Shown here: piece by piece, positions 37,454-51,530 of the stretch | Numbering within the stretch: the stretch's first letter is position 1 | Layout of the letters: the number at the start of each line of letters is the position of its first letter | NCBI GenBank assembly: GCA_951406725.2 | Contig: OX597823.1 | Span: 91,388,001 to 91,452,000 of the forward strand | From: Octopus vulgaris | Lineage: Eukaryota | DNA length: 64,000 bases | Direction: 5' to 3' | Program-made: the position numbers and the translations under genes | The notes under the pieces: generated by a model | Told to the model about the DNA's origin: nothing | Seen by the model: only the letters and a program-made list of their open reading frames with translations | The model's database searches: none

Positions 37454-40400
37454 CAAAACAATGTCTCTCTTCAAATTTCCTTTCACCTGACTTTAACCGA
37501 CACAAAAAATATCAACATTTCTTAGACTTTAGAAATTCTATTAACAGCAAAATGCCAACCAAAATTCAACCCACATGTACAGCACATATGAAATAAACAA
37601 AATGGCAAAGTGGCTGAGTTCCTTTCAAGCATTGGGATTCACAGAGGCAATGGCCGAGACCTTTGGCATTATGTTATTTTTGAGAAGAAGACCCATTAAG
37701 CTGAACAAAATCACAGTTGTGGAAGATACCAGCGTCACACAAATGGCACCCATGTTGGTGGCACATAAAAGTACCCAGTATCATCCAAATAGTACCCGTG
37801 TTAGTGACATGTAAAAGCACCCACTACACTCTCGGAGTGGTTGGTGTTAGGAAGGGCATCCAGCTGTAGAAACACTGCCAAATCAGACTGGAGTCTGGTG
37901 CAGCCTTCCAGCTTGCCAGCCCTGGTCAAACCATCCAACCCATGCCAGCATGGACAACGGACGTTAAATGATGATGATGATGATTACTATGAGGCAACTG
38001 TTGAACAATTTAAAATCCCTCAATGATGACTTTATAAGATGTAATGTCTATTGATCTTTTATTGCTAACTGCAAAATTCCCCAGCTTTACACCATTGATA
38101 TCATTTCATTCAGTCTGAGGGGGCCACGAAGATCTTGAAACATCAGTGGACTTAAGAATGCTATAACTAAAAACTCAATCGAACAACTCTCAGCAGAAAG
38201 CCTGAAATATTTTGGCGGTGGGGGAGGCTCTGGTTGATTACATTGACCCCAGTATTCAACTGGTACTTATTTTATCAACCCCAAAAGGATGAAAGGCGAT
38301 GGTGACCGTAGTAGAATTTGAACTCAGAACATTAAAGATGCACTGCAGCAAAGCATTTTGCATGGCACTCTAATATGATAGGACAGTGTTATAATGTTAT
38401 AGGACACTAATTTATAGGACATGAAAGGAGAACATTAGATAAGCTGCATCACATTGTCTCAGTGTCCTATTTATAGGACACCGAGTATTTCCATTTCTAC
38501 TTGAAGTAAAGGAGTTTTAATAGTTATTTTTAAAAATTCTAACCTATTTTCAATCATCATCATCATCATCATCATCGTTTGACGTCCGTTTTCCGCACTA
38601 GCACGGGTTGGACGGTTCGACCGGGGTCTGGGGGTGCCAGGGGCTGCTCCAGGTTCCAGTCTGATCTGGCAGTGTTTCTACAGCTGGATGCCCTTCCTAA
38701 TGCCAACCACTCCGCGAGTGTAGTGGGTGCTTTTTACGTGCCACCTGCACAGGTGCCAGAGGGGTCTGGCATCAGCCATGATCAGTTGGTGCTTTTTATG
38801 TGCCACCAGCACAGAAGCCAGTCGAGGCGGTGCTGGCATCGTTAAAAATTTAAAAGTAATATCAAGATTGGAGCCTGGTGAAGCCATCTGGTTTGCCAGT
38901 CCCCAGTTAAATCGTTCAACTCATGCTAGCATGGAAAGCGGATGTTAAACGACGACGTTGATGATGATGATAATTCAGAAATTTAAGTACTCTAGAACAA
39001 CTAATTATGGAAATTGAAGAAAAAAAAAAACACTTTTAATAAGGTTTTTAAACTGAAACACAACCAGTACTTCAGTATTATGTGTTTGAAAGATATCTTT
39101 CCCATACAAGCATGAGCATACATAATTCTGTATGCATGATGCACACACATGCAAACATGCATGTGTGTGTGCATGCATGTAGACATGCTCACTTTGGCAC
39201 TCTGTCGGTTACGACAATGAGGGTTCCAATTAATCTGACAACGAAAGCACCATCCGTTCATGGCCGTTGCCAGTCTCGCCTGGCCCCCGTGCCGATGGCA
39301 CATAAAAAGCACCATCCGATCATGGCTGTTTGCCAGACTCGTCTGGCACCTGTGCCGGTGGCACGTAAAAAGCACCCACTACACTCATGGAGTGGTTGGC
39401 GTTAGGAAGGGCATCCAGCCGTAGAAACATTGCCAGATCAAACTGGGCCTGTTGCAGCCTTCTGGCTTCCCAGACCCCATTTGAACCGTCCAACCCATGC
39501 TAGCATAGAAAGCGGACGCTAAACGATGAGGATGATGATGATGATGAAATGGAACAACCTGCTTTTGAAATTATTGTGCAATTGGCTGAGCACTCCACAG
39601 ATGCATGTACCCTTAATGTAGTTCTCAGGGAGATTCAGCAGGATACAGGATGTGACAAGGCTGGCCCCTTTTTGAAATACAGGTATGACACATTTTTGCT
39701 GGTTGAGTGGACCAAGGCAATGTCAAATAAAGTGTCTTGCTTAAGGACACACTCGCCTCAGGAATTGAACCTTACAACTGTGTGCAAAATATCCTAATCA
39801 CTAACTTTGGTACCTTCACAACACACACACACACATTTATTAACTTTTACAAGCAAAAGGTGGAGAATGACTGAAGTTTTGGCTTGCTTGCCTTCATCAG
39901 TCTGTGTTTTACATGAGTTCCTTTTTGGCTTTATATAGTCTTTGAGAAGTTATTTTTGTGGGGTAGGTGGAGCTATGTGAATGTCAATTAGCTGTGGTAT
40001 AGGTGGACTGTGAGAATAGCTATGTAGGAAGAGGGGATAGGGGAGGATAGGAGGAAAGTAGATGTATTTGCAGAGTGCAGAGTGATAAGAAGTTATGACA
40101 AGTAAATTTATTTCTTAACAGAAATCATATAAAATCAAGACCAATCCAATCCAATTTCAATCTGCCCTATGCTGTGTGACCAACCGATTTGTCAAAAAAC
40201 ATTCTTTTGTGAATTCTAAAACACAACCAAGATGAAATTTCTACTTAAAGCATGTCAGGACCTGAATTTGGCACATTGGTTTCATGCCTGACTGAATTCT
40301 GAATACTGACAAAATTCCCACACCAAACCAAAATAAATCTCCTCACCATAACTTAGTTATATCAACCAACAATCTATAAACATATACTTTTGAATTACTT

Positions 40401-40663
40401 CTTTCATCCCCCACCTCCAACACAATACCTTCTTGGGTCCACCTACACTACACTTAATTAGCATTTCCAATAGCTACACCTATCCAAAACAAATTTCCAA
40501 AGAACACAAATGCACTGTTTCATGAAGGTGAGCAATCCAAAACTTTGCAGAGACTGTTAATCAAGTTAAAAAATACGTACTTTATTAAATTGCATTGAGA
40601 AATCTTTCAGTTTAATGGTAAATTATTAACTATGACCTTGATATAAAAATGAACAGTAAGATA

Positions 40664-40740
<77 letters not shown>

Positions 40741-40741
40741 C

Positions 40742-40772
<31 letters not shown>

Positions 40773-41624
40773 ATAAATATACATATATATGTGTGTGTGT
40801 ATATAGGTATGTATATATATATATACATATATATATATATGTGTGTGTGGTATGTATATATATACATGTATGCATGTATATATACATACACACATACACA
40901 TATACACATACATATACATTTATATATATATATATGTGTGTGTTTGTGTGTGTGTCAGGAAGAAAACATTTAAATACTAAATTATAATTTAATTCTAAAA
41001 TTGTTTTATATATGTTATGAAATTGTAATTGAAGCTTAGTTACATGAAGCAATTTTTATTACATCTTAAATCAATTTTCATTAAAATGACTCTTTTATTA
41101 TTATTATTATTGTTATTATTATTATTATTACTTCCATGCTTATACCTTTTGTCTTCATCATCATCATCAACATCATCATAACCATGATCCTTATTGTCAA
41201 CATCATCATCATTGTTTTTTGCAAAAACGAATCACACAAATGTGTTGTGTGTTATCTTATATTTTTATTCTATGTTATTACTATATATTGTTGTTGTTGT
41301 TTCTGTTGTTGTTATTTAGCATATTCACCTGCAAATATTGTGATTATTCTGTGTTTGCAAAAAGGGAAAAATGTTATATTTTTCCAATTTATCATTAACT
41401 ACACATTATTAAAGACTGTTGGAATTTGTGAAGAAATTTCCATTCTTATTTCCATTTACACAGAGAATCTTGATGCAAGTCACCGACTGATGAATGGGGT
41501 AAAAGGATGGAAAAATACAGTTGAAACTAAAGGTGCATTGCCTGTGAACAATACCTTTACAGGTTATTATGGAAGCCTATACTAAAAAAACTCTCTTGAA
41601 CACAAGCACACTTTCACATAGGTA

Positions 41625-41957
41625 TCTTCTTCTTCTTCTTCTTCTTCTTCTTCTTCTTCTTCTTCTCTTTCTTTTTCTCCTTCTTCTTCTTCTTCTCTTT
41701 CTTCTTCTCCTTCTTCTTCTTCTTCTTCTTCTTCTTCTTCTCTTTCTTCTTCTTCTTCTTCTTCTTGTCCTTCTCCTTCATCTTCTTCTTCTTCTTCTTC
41801 TTCTTCTTCTTCTTCTCCTCTTCCTCCTCCTTCTCCCCCTGCCCCTCCTCCTCTTCCTCCTCCTTCTCCCCTGCTCCTGCTCCTCCTCCTCCTTCTTCTT
41901 CACCTTCTTCTCCTTCACCTTCTTCTCCTTCTTCTTCTTCTTTTCCTCCTCCTCCTC
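41625..41957. repeat. (CTT)n/(CCT)n pyrimidine tract
   Basis: Direct sequence. Confidence 0.95.
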
Positions 41958-43159
41958 ATTTAACATCTGTTTTCCATGATGGCATGTGTTGGATGGCTTG
42001 ACAGGTACTGGTAACATCAGAGCGCTTCACCAGGCTCCATTATCTGTTTCTATGGCCGTACGTCCTCTCTACTGCCAACAGCTTTACAGAGAATACTGGT
42101 GGTTTTTTTACAGGATGCCATCACCAGTACTTTTTAAGTGGCACCAGCACCAGTATTTGAAGAGAAATTGTTTAGAAGTAATACCTTAGTAGGGTGATCG
42201 ATTTTATTGGGGATCCTGCAATTAGGTGAAGGAAGGTTGATCAAGGGGATCAGTCTAAGGTACAGAGACAGAGAATATGAGAGAAGAAAGGGAGAGAGGT
42301 TACATTTCCATGTGGTACCAGCACTAGTGCTCTTTATGTGGAACCAGCATTGTGTTTGTTACATGGAACTATCACCAGTGTTTTTATGTGGTACCAGCAT
42401 CAAGGTTCGAAAAACTGAATTTGTGAAGCCAGATTTTATGAAATCCAAATTTTTGGAATCCATATTGTTTGAAAAACTAAATTTGTGAGGCCAGGTTTTG
42501 TGTGAGGCCAAATTTGGTGAAGCCAAAATATGTAAATTCAGAGATTGTGAAATCAAATTAGTGAAGCCGGGTTTTCTGAGTCCTAAATTCTGAACTATAT
42601 ATATATATATATATATATATGCCAGGGGCGTTGAGTCGCCCTGTGCCGGTGGCATGTAAAAGCATCCACTACACCCTCAGAGTGGTTGGCATTAGGAAGG
42701 GCATCCAGCTGTAGAAACTCTGCCAGATCAAGATTGAAGCCTGGTGCAGCCATCTGGTTCGCCAGCCCTCATTCATTTGTCCAACCCATGGTAGCATGGA
42801 AAGTGGACGTTAAACAATAAAGAAGATTACATTTATAAATATTTTGTCTGTGTATCTAGTGTAGCTTTAATTTATTCTTGTTTGTATATATTTGTTTTGT
42901 ATGTAGGCTGTTTTTTTTATGCTGACACTTAATTTTTAATAATATTTTACAAAAACTTCATGGTGTGTTGTTGTTTTGGGTTCACCCCAACCTTGTTGGT
43001 TGTGTAAATTCAGGTTATGGCCACCAGTGTCTTTTATGTGGCAACAGCACCAGTTTTTGTTACAAGGAACCATTACCAGTGCATTTTATGTGGTACCAGC
43101 ACCAGTTATTTTTTATGTGGTACCAGCACTGGTGTTTTTTATGTGGCACTTGTACTGAC

Positions 43160-43520
43160 AGCATTCAAGCTTTGGTGTTGGAGAAGACTTTTACAGATTC
43201 CATGGACAGTGAGGCTCACCAATGGAGAAGCTCTTAACCAGATCAAGCTGAAACTGTTGCTAGAAGCTAGGATCACCAAGCATAGATTGGCATATTTTGG
43301 TCATATTATGCAGAGAAAATCCCTGGAGAAGGACATCATGCTCGGAATGGTCAGTAGCAAGAGAGGAAGAAGCCGACCAAGAACCCGCTGGCTTGACACC
43401 ATCAAGAGTGATACCGGAATGGACATAGCCAATCTGAAAGAAGCGGCCCAGGATAGAACTGGCTGGAGGACACTGATCCATTGAGTAACCAAGCGTCGAC
43501 TTCGATTGAGTGGATAGACA
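43160..43520 (+). mobile_element. RTE (BovB-like) LINE 3' end
   Basis: AFKLWCWRRLLQIPWT..RLAYFGHIMQR..LEKDIMLG..GRSRPRTRWLD..AAQDRTGWR. Confidence 0.88.
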
Positions 43521-43952
43521 GATATAGCACTGACAGGGTTACTTGCAAGACAAAATACTCTTCAGCTGTGAGGGAGAGTATTAGTAAGGGGGTGGGGGCT
43601 TTGTGCCAGTTGATGACAGTGAGTTAAGGGAAATAACTCTGAGTGGCCATTGATGTGTGTTTGTGTGTGTTTTTGTGAGTGTGTGTGTGTGCAAATATGG
43701 CATTGACTTGGTTGGGGAAATTAAAAAGGTTTCCTCCATTATCACGTGGTTTCAGGTTCAGCTCCACTAAGTGGCACTTTGGGCAAATGCTTTTAATTTG
43801 TCCTGGGCTGACTGATGTTTTGTGAGTATGTTTGGTATTTGGAAACTGTGGGAGAGCCAGTCATGTGGATGTATATGCATATATGGGGAGAGAATTGGGA
43901 AAAGGAGAAAGTGAAATAATAAGTTCTGTGAGCACACACAAAACATACACAT

Positions 43953-43991
<39 letters not shown>

Positions 43992-44467
43992 CACACATAC
44001 ACACATACTCACATACCATACGCATGCAAACGCACACATTCACTTGCACACACATGCACACACTGACACACACACTCACATGCACACACTGACACACACA
44101 CTCACACACAAAACACACACACACTCACACACATGCACACACACACACAACACGCATGCAGCCAAACACACAGCTAGGTAAGTGTGTGCATGGGGTTATT
44201 GAGTTCTCTTGCTTTCCTGTGTCAACAATAGTTTCCCGAAGAGAGTCATTGCTGACATAGGAGTCTGCAAGAGAAACAGGAGCAGGCTGTTGCTTGATAA
44301 CCTGGGAATTTCTTACCCCACTTGGAAACATGTGAGGGCCGGCAACAGGAAGGCTGTCCAGCCATAGAAACCTTGCCCCATCAGTGTACTCACGTATGAC
44401 CAATGGACACTTAATTGACGTTAAGAATGAATATGTGTGTGAGTGTGTTTATATATGCGTATTTATA

Positions 44468-44554
<87 letters not shown>

Positions 44555-44556
<2 letters not shown>

Positions 44557-45890
44557 TCATCATCATCATCGTTTAACGTCCACCTTCCATGCTGGCATGG
44601 GCTGGACGAATGACTGAGGGCTGGCAAACCAGATGACTGCATCAGGCTTCAGTCTTGATCTGGCAGAGTTTCTACTGCTGGATGCCCTTCCTAACGCCAA
44701 CCACTCCGAGAGCGTAGTGGGTGCTTTTACGTGCCAACGGCACAGAGGCAAGATAATCGCTCTGGCAACAATGACGCTCAGATGGTGCTCTTAATACCCT
44801 ACTAGCACAGGGCTTGAGTGCCAGTAAGGTGACGCTGGTAACGATCACGCTCGAATGGTGCCTTGTAAGTGCCACTGTCACAGAAGCCGGTTAGCCACTC
44901 TGTCAGTGATCACACTTGTATGGTGCTCTTTGCACCCTGCTAGCACGGGTGCTAGTCGTCGAATTTGATTTTGCTTTCACTTGCCTCAACAGGTCTTTGC
45001 AAGCAGAGTTTTAGTGTCCAAAGAAGGAAAAGGTACTCATAAGTCGGCTGGTAACGCCCCTGACATAGGCCACACACACATAAACAAATCAAAATCGCTG
45101 ACATGGATGATGACAGTGCCACCTGATTGGCACTTGTGCCAGTGGAATGTTAGAAGCACATCCGAGCATAATTGTTGCCAGGGCCACAGATTGGCAGTGT
45201 CACTTCACTGGTACATGTGCTGGTGGCATGTGGAAAACAACATTCTAGTGGCTCCCATGCAGGTAACACGTAAAAAAACACCTTTTGAGCGTGGTCGTTG
45301 CCAGAACTGCCTGACTGGCCCTCGTGCTGGTGGCATGTAAAGGCACCCACTACATTTTCGATGTGGTTGGCGTTAGGAAGGGCATCCAGCTGTAGAAACC
45401 CTGCCAGATCAGATTGAACCTGGTGCATCCTTCTGGTTCACCACTCCTCAGTAAAGCCATCCAACTCATGCCAGCATGGAAAGTAGACGTAAAACGATAA
45501 TGATGATATATATAGACGTATTGAGTCAGGTGAAATCATTGTCATGGCCGATGCCGGTACCGCTTGACTAGCACCTGTGCTGGTGGCATGTAAAAAGCAC
45601 CATTCGAGCATGGTCATTAACAGTGCCGCCTGACTAGCTCCCATGCTGGTGGCATGTAAAAAGCACCATTCAAGTATGATCATTGCCAATGGCATCTGAC
45701 ATCTGTTGTACTGGTGGCATGTAACAATCACCCACTATATTATCGGTGTGGCTGGTGTTGGGAAGAGCATCCAGTCATAGAAACCTTGCCAGATCAGATT
45801 GGAGTCTGGCGCAGCCTACTAGCTTTCCATATGTCAATCAAACTGTCAAACCCATGCCAGCATGGAAATCAGACGTTAAACGATGATGAT
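44555..45890. mobile_element. Cluster of family C RTE-tail repeats in both orientations
   Basis: Three family C termini (44555 on -, ~45500 on +, ~45890 on +). Confidence 0.7.
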
Positions 45891-46355
45891 GACATGTTCA
45901 TGCGTGCACACACTCATATTTACACGTACACATGTGTATATACATAATTATACACCCTCCAGTGCCTATTGAGGTGTGTCATTGTGGGTGTATATTTGGC
46001 TTCATGTATTCTAAGTTCAATTGTTCAAGAAAATATAGAAACAAAAGGAAGTGTCTGGCATTTAACAATTAACTGTAGGAGAATAATAACCTCTTAGCTT
46101 TAATACCTATTACAAGAATGATGGAACACACCTTTATCTTCTGGGAGTAATTACTTACCAGAAGTACAGATTCTGGCATCAAGAAACGACCACAAGAAAC
46201 AAACAAATTAAAAAAGATAAAACGGAAAAGAAGAGTTGAGAAGAAAATAAATTTGTCTTTCAATATTCCCAGAACAAATCTTATAGAATGGAATTCTCAT
46301 CTTAATTTACAATTGGCCCATCCATCTTTGAAGGAAATGAATATGCCAAAGTGAG

Positions 46356-46656
46356 TAATTATTTTTGCCATGTTGCATCAAAAAAAGTATAACCGAAGCT
46401 CGTTAGAAATATAAATGTTTTCTGAAGCAATTATGATGCAAGTCAGCATACGACGTCAGTTTTGGGGGGTGCGGGTGGGGGTGGTGGATGAAGCCATCAG
46501 AGATCACTTTGTCAACACATTAGCAGAGGAGCAGAGCAGGATATATCTTGCAGATGACCAAATCGATAGAAGCAGTCACTTCAAGACATTACACACTTAA
46601 ACTACTTCATATGACAAATGCTGAAATTATAGCCATACATACATACATACATACAT

Positions 46657-46712
<56 letters not shown>

Positions 46713-46982
46713 GTGTGTGTGTATATATATACATATATACAAATATATACACATATATATACATTTATATATATCTATACATGTGTATATAAATGTGTTT
46801 GTTGTGTGTATATCTATATTTATATCTTTCAATCTATTTATCTATCAACATATATATATATACATGCTCGCTTACATTCATAGTGTGCTGAATTTTTCTT
46901 GAGAATAATTCTTAGTGGTTGAGACACTTGCAGATCTATCTTTAGCACAAGAGCGTCCACATAGTGGATTCTCTCCCATTTT

Positions 46983-47044
<62 letters not shown>

Positions 47045-47308
47045 TATATTATATATATATACTGCTTCTATCGATTTGGTCATCTGCAAGATATATATTT
47101 CTTTGGTCATCTGCAAGATATATCCTGCTCTGCTCCTCTGCTAATGTGTTGACAAAATGATCTCTGATGGGTTCATCCACCACCCTCACCCTCACCCCCC
47201 AAAACTGACGTCGTATGCTGACTTGCATCATAATTGCTTCAGAAGACATTTATATTTCTAACGAGCTGCAGTTATATTTGTTTTGATGCAACATGGCAAA
47301 AATAATTA
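46356..47308. mobile_element. Foldback/MITE-like element with ~220-bp terminal inverted repeats around a (TA)n-rich core
   Basis: 46356-46577 is the reverse complement of 47061-47308 (the right arm has an extra 27-bp duplication). Confidence 0.7.
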
Positions 47309-47990
47309 TATAGTATCGAATAAATACTATAAATACTATAAATATAATTATCAATGGGAATAACTAGCGAATATCATTTTAAAAAGACAATAACTAAGTT
47401 ATGCTATTAAATTAGACATGGCCTGGACCAATCTTTAGTCGAAACATATCTAAGTTTATCAAAGTTTATCTAATTTTAATTATAAGAAATTTAGAACTAC
47501 AATTAATACTATTAATACATGTATATACAAAAGCCTAACTTTAGACACCTCGTATACTTGCTATCAAACAACAAATCTATCGCTAAGTAATATCTTACGA
47601 ATAAACTTAAATTTAATATCTAATAATATAGAAAATTACGATAATTAAATCATAACATAAACAACGATATTTACATAAGTTTTAAATTTCTAGTTTGATA
47701 ATAGAGTTTATTATAAGTAAATTATTATATTATTTATATCTTAAAAATATTGTTTAAATATTTCTGATTATTTTTAAAATATTTCAATTAACCTGAAGAT
47801 TGAGTGTAACTATAACTCAAATTATTAATTGAATTTAAATTATTGTTATTCGAATTGGTACAGCCATGAAACGATCGTAGTGTTTTACTCTTTATCTTTT
47901 ATTAAACTTTTAATACTTTTGATATTTAAAAATAAAAATAATAAATAAATAAATTTATTAAAAAATAAAATAATATATAAATATAAAAAT

Positions 47991-48027
<37 letters not shown>

Positions 48028-48253
48028 TGTATATATATATAAAATTTATAAGTTTAAATTAATTAAATAATTTTTTATTTCTAACTTTTATATCTTAAAT
48101 TAATTTTATGTATTGGCTTATGTTTTTCACTGTTTGATTTGCCTAATAGTGGTTTTATCTCTAATTTAATATAATATAATATAATATATTTATACTATAT
48201 AATTGGATTTAATCCTAAATCTAATTTTTCCCTGTAGGTTTGGATTTATTCCC

Positions 48254-48315
<62 letters not shown>

Positions 48316-48873
48316 TATATATAAAAGCTTTCCGTGTGTCTTGCAACTTAGCAATAGGCATTGACTCTGTCTGTTACCCAAGGTATGTTCTTTTCGTTTG
48401 TTTGTTTGTGCACATGCGTGTGGGTCAGTGTGCATGTGCATGAACATATGTATGTATGTATGCATGTATGTGTGTGTGTGTGCATCTATATGTGTGTGTA
48501 TGCATATATATATGTATGTGTGTGCATTTGTATGTATTCTGCATATTAATATGTTTGAGTTTGTTTGTGTGTTTGTATATGTGTGTGTACATGTGTGTGC
48601 ATACCTCCGTGTCCTTGAGTGTGCATGTCTGAGTGTGTCTGTGTATGGGTTTTTATGACTATGCACGTGCATCTGTTATATATGAATGTGTGTCGCCATA
48701 TGTGTTGTGTGAAAGGAAGTGTGTTTGTGTGTGTATGGTCATGTGTTTCAGTCTTCATTTGCGTATTCATGTGTGTATGTGTGCTTGTCTGTTCATATTA
48801 CCTATGTACCTATCTATCTGTAAGTCTATCTGTTTACACTCATATCCATTTACCTACATATATATGCATAGAC

Positions 48874-48989
<116 letters not shown>

Positions 48990-49179
48990 TGAGCGTATTT
49001 TTACCTTGTTAACAATTAACACGGAAAAATAAATAAATAGTTACCAGGGCAGCAAAAGTCTCACAAGTAAAGGTGTTGTAACTCCTTGTTTATAAAGGTA
49101 GAAACTTCGTGTTTACGTTGAATATTTTGAATAATATGAATAAAAAATGGAGTTAACGCAGGTGTAAACAAATATTTTT

Positions 49180-49265
49180 ACTTTCGACACATGTTTCGAA
49201 AATTCCACTGATACTATTCAAAAAGATAAATGGTATAAACAATGCAATCTTCTCCTCAGGAAAGT
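49180..49265 (-). ncRNA. Type I hammerhead ribozyme in the PLE 3' end (long stem II)
   Basis: ACTTTC-CTGAGGA-GAAGATT...AATTTTC-GAAA-CATGTG-TC-GAAAGT. Confidence 0.8.
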
Positions 49266-49465
49266 GAAAAGACGAAACTCGTCAATAATACATTTTAGCA
49301 AAAAATGATGGATTTGTATAGCGATAGACAGAACGCTATTAATATTGTTTAAAAAAAGGTTACATGATATAACGTCATAAGTAGCTAACAGAAAGAGTAG
49401 AGATATTAATAGTGAATGTTAAATATAAAGGAAATTAAAGTTTAATTTATATATAATGATAGAGA

Positions 49466-50478
49466 CTACTTATATGCACTAAATGTATGTTTTTGCCAAT
49501 GCTTACATCTGTATGCTCACTCTATAACCGTGTTTACTAGAGTATTTTTAGAAAAAATAATGAAAAATAGCTCAGAATTGCAGAGAAGACAGAATTTCTT
49601 GCCTTTGTCATATGGTATCGAAATTGAGAGGATCAACCATTCTAAATGAAATTGTTCATTGTGGTCTTTTAAATCCCAAATCAGTTTGCTGAGACCGGTA
49701 CTATTCCGTTTATTTCTATCCCTAAATGTTGAGTAATGGATAGAAATTCTTTTAGATAACTCTAACGATGTGCTTCCAATGTAAAATCGTACTTTATTAC
49801 GAGTACTGATTATACACTGGTATATAGAATTTTTAATCTTAGAGTTACTTGACATAAATTTAATTCTATTGGAATTGACTTCAGATACAATAACCTTGTT
49901 ATTAATATTTCTAGAGGGTTGGATGGTATTAGCTAAATTAATGTTAGTATTAGTAAATGTATTAATATTTAACAGTTTGTTATTATGAGAAGATATAATT
50001 TGCAAGAGATTTTTTGTGTTTGAAAAACCTATCCTAACCTTATGTGAATTAATTATAGAGTAATGTCTAGAATTGTTTGGAAAATTCCTAGCAATAGCTT
50101 GACGAAACAGCAGTGGGAGATTAGATTTAATTTGTCTCCCGTAAGGAATTATTAACCAAATATTTTTACTAGTATTCATAGCGTAATTACTTTTGAAGGT
50201 TTTATATTTACTTTTGGATCGATAATAGGGGATAAAATAAGGGTTATCTGCCTTCATTCGCTTTGTATCGGTGCGTAAGTTATGTTTGTTATCAATAATT
50301 CTTTTACGACTAGAAATCTTATCTACATTATTGAATTTACAATTAGACTGAGCAGAATCAACGTAGGAATTTTTTTTCTGTATAACCTGCTTTGATTAAG
50401 GCAGAGTTATAGAATTCAGCGTTATTATTGAAAATATCAACATTAGCAGATAATTTAGATAATCTAAATGAAATATTC
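49466..50478 (-). pseudogene. PLE RT thumb + linker + GIY-YIG endonuclease (ORF 49517-50257 is the open part)
   Basis: NISFRLSKLSANVDIFNNNAEFYNSALIKAGY; SIYQC..FYIGSTS..KRISIHYSTF..STGLSKLIWDLKD..CLLCNSE; the premature TGA at 49517 is CGA in the inverted arm, which reads ..ERAYRCKHWQKHIFSAYK*. Confidence 0.88.
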
Positions 50479-50941
50479 TTAGGGATAGAAATAAACGGAA
50501 TAGTACCGATCTCAGCAAACTGATTTGGGATTTAAAAGACCACAATGAACAATTTCACTTAGAATGGTTGATCCTCTCAATTTCGATACCATATGACAAA
50601 GGCAAGAAATTCTGTCTTCTCTGCAATTCTGAGCTATTTTTCATTATTTTTTCTAAAAATACTCGAGTAAACACGGTTATAGAGCGAGCATACAGATGCA
50701 AGCATTGGCAAAAACATATATTTAGTGCATATAAGTAGCCTCTATCATTATATATAAATTAAACTTTAATTTCCTTTATATTTAACATTCACTATTAATA
50801 TCCCTACTCTTTCTGTTAGCTACTTATGACGTTATATCATATAACCTTTTTTTTTAAACAATATTAATAGTGTTCTGTCTATCGCTATACAAATCCATCA
50901 TTTTTTGCTAAAATGTATTATTGACGAGTTTCGTTTTTTTC

Positions 50942-51027
50942 ACTTTCCTGAGGAGAAGATTGCATTGTTTATACCATTTATCTTTTTGAATAGTATCAGT
51001 GGAATTTTCGAAACATGTGTCGAAAGT
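50942..51027 (+). ncRNA. Type I hammerhead ribozyme in the inverted PLE arm (cleavage after 51021)
   Basis: Same motif on the + strand; 6-bp stem I, intact core, GUC site. Confidence 0.8.
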
Positions 51028-51212
51028 AAAAATATTTGTTTACACCTGCGTTAACTCCATTTTTTATTCATATATATATATATGTATATATATATATGCA
51101 TATATATAAGTATATATATATATATATATAGATTATAGATATATATGTGTATATATATAGAGTTTATAGATATATATGTGTATATATATATAGATTGTAT
51201 ATACATATATAG

Positions 51213-51250
<38 letters not shown>

Positions 51251-51378
51251 ACTACATTCACAAAATTTCATTCTCACCATATATATATATATATACATAT
51301 ATATATTATATATTACATATTGTTGTTCCCCTATCGTGGTTTATTATTTATAAACCTATAATAGTTGAGGGATTACTC

Positions 51379-51418
<40 letters not shown>

Positions 51419-51482
51419 ATAAAAAGAGACAACAAAGCGAAGGCTGCATGGAATTTTCAGGACACTGATAAAGAGAAAGTTA

Positions 51483-51530
51483 GTCTTATATCTGTTTCTG
51501 GGATATTAGGGATATCCCTTCATCAGAGAC
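51483..51530 (-). ncRNA. Type I hammerhead motif (PLE type, slightly decayed)
   Basis: GTCT-CTGATGA-A GGGATA TCCCTAA TATCCC A-GAAA-CAGATA-TA-AGAC. Confidence 0.6.

Larger units (their letters stand above)
49134..51073 (-). mobile_element. 5'-truncated Penelope-like element with a ~590-bp inverted terminal duplication, between (TA)n tracts
   Basis: Arms 49134-49725 and 50479-51073 are near-identical inverted copies; GIY-YIG ORF; a hammerhead in each arm. Confidence 0.9.

Noticed and set aside
39869-39903. CTGATGA-GGC..GCC-AAAA hammerhead-like motif on the minus strand
   Set aside because: G12 is absent and there is no stem I pairing; too decayed to call.
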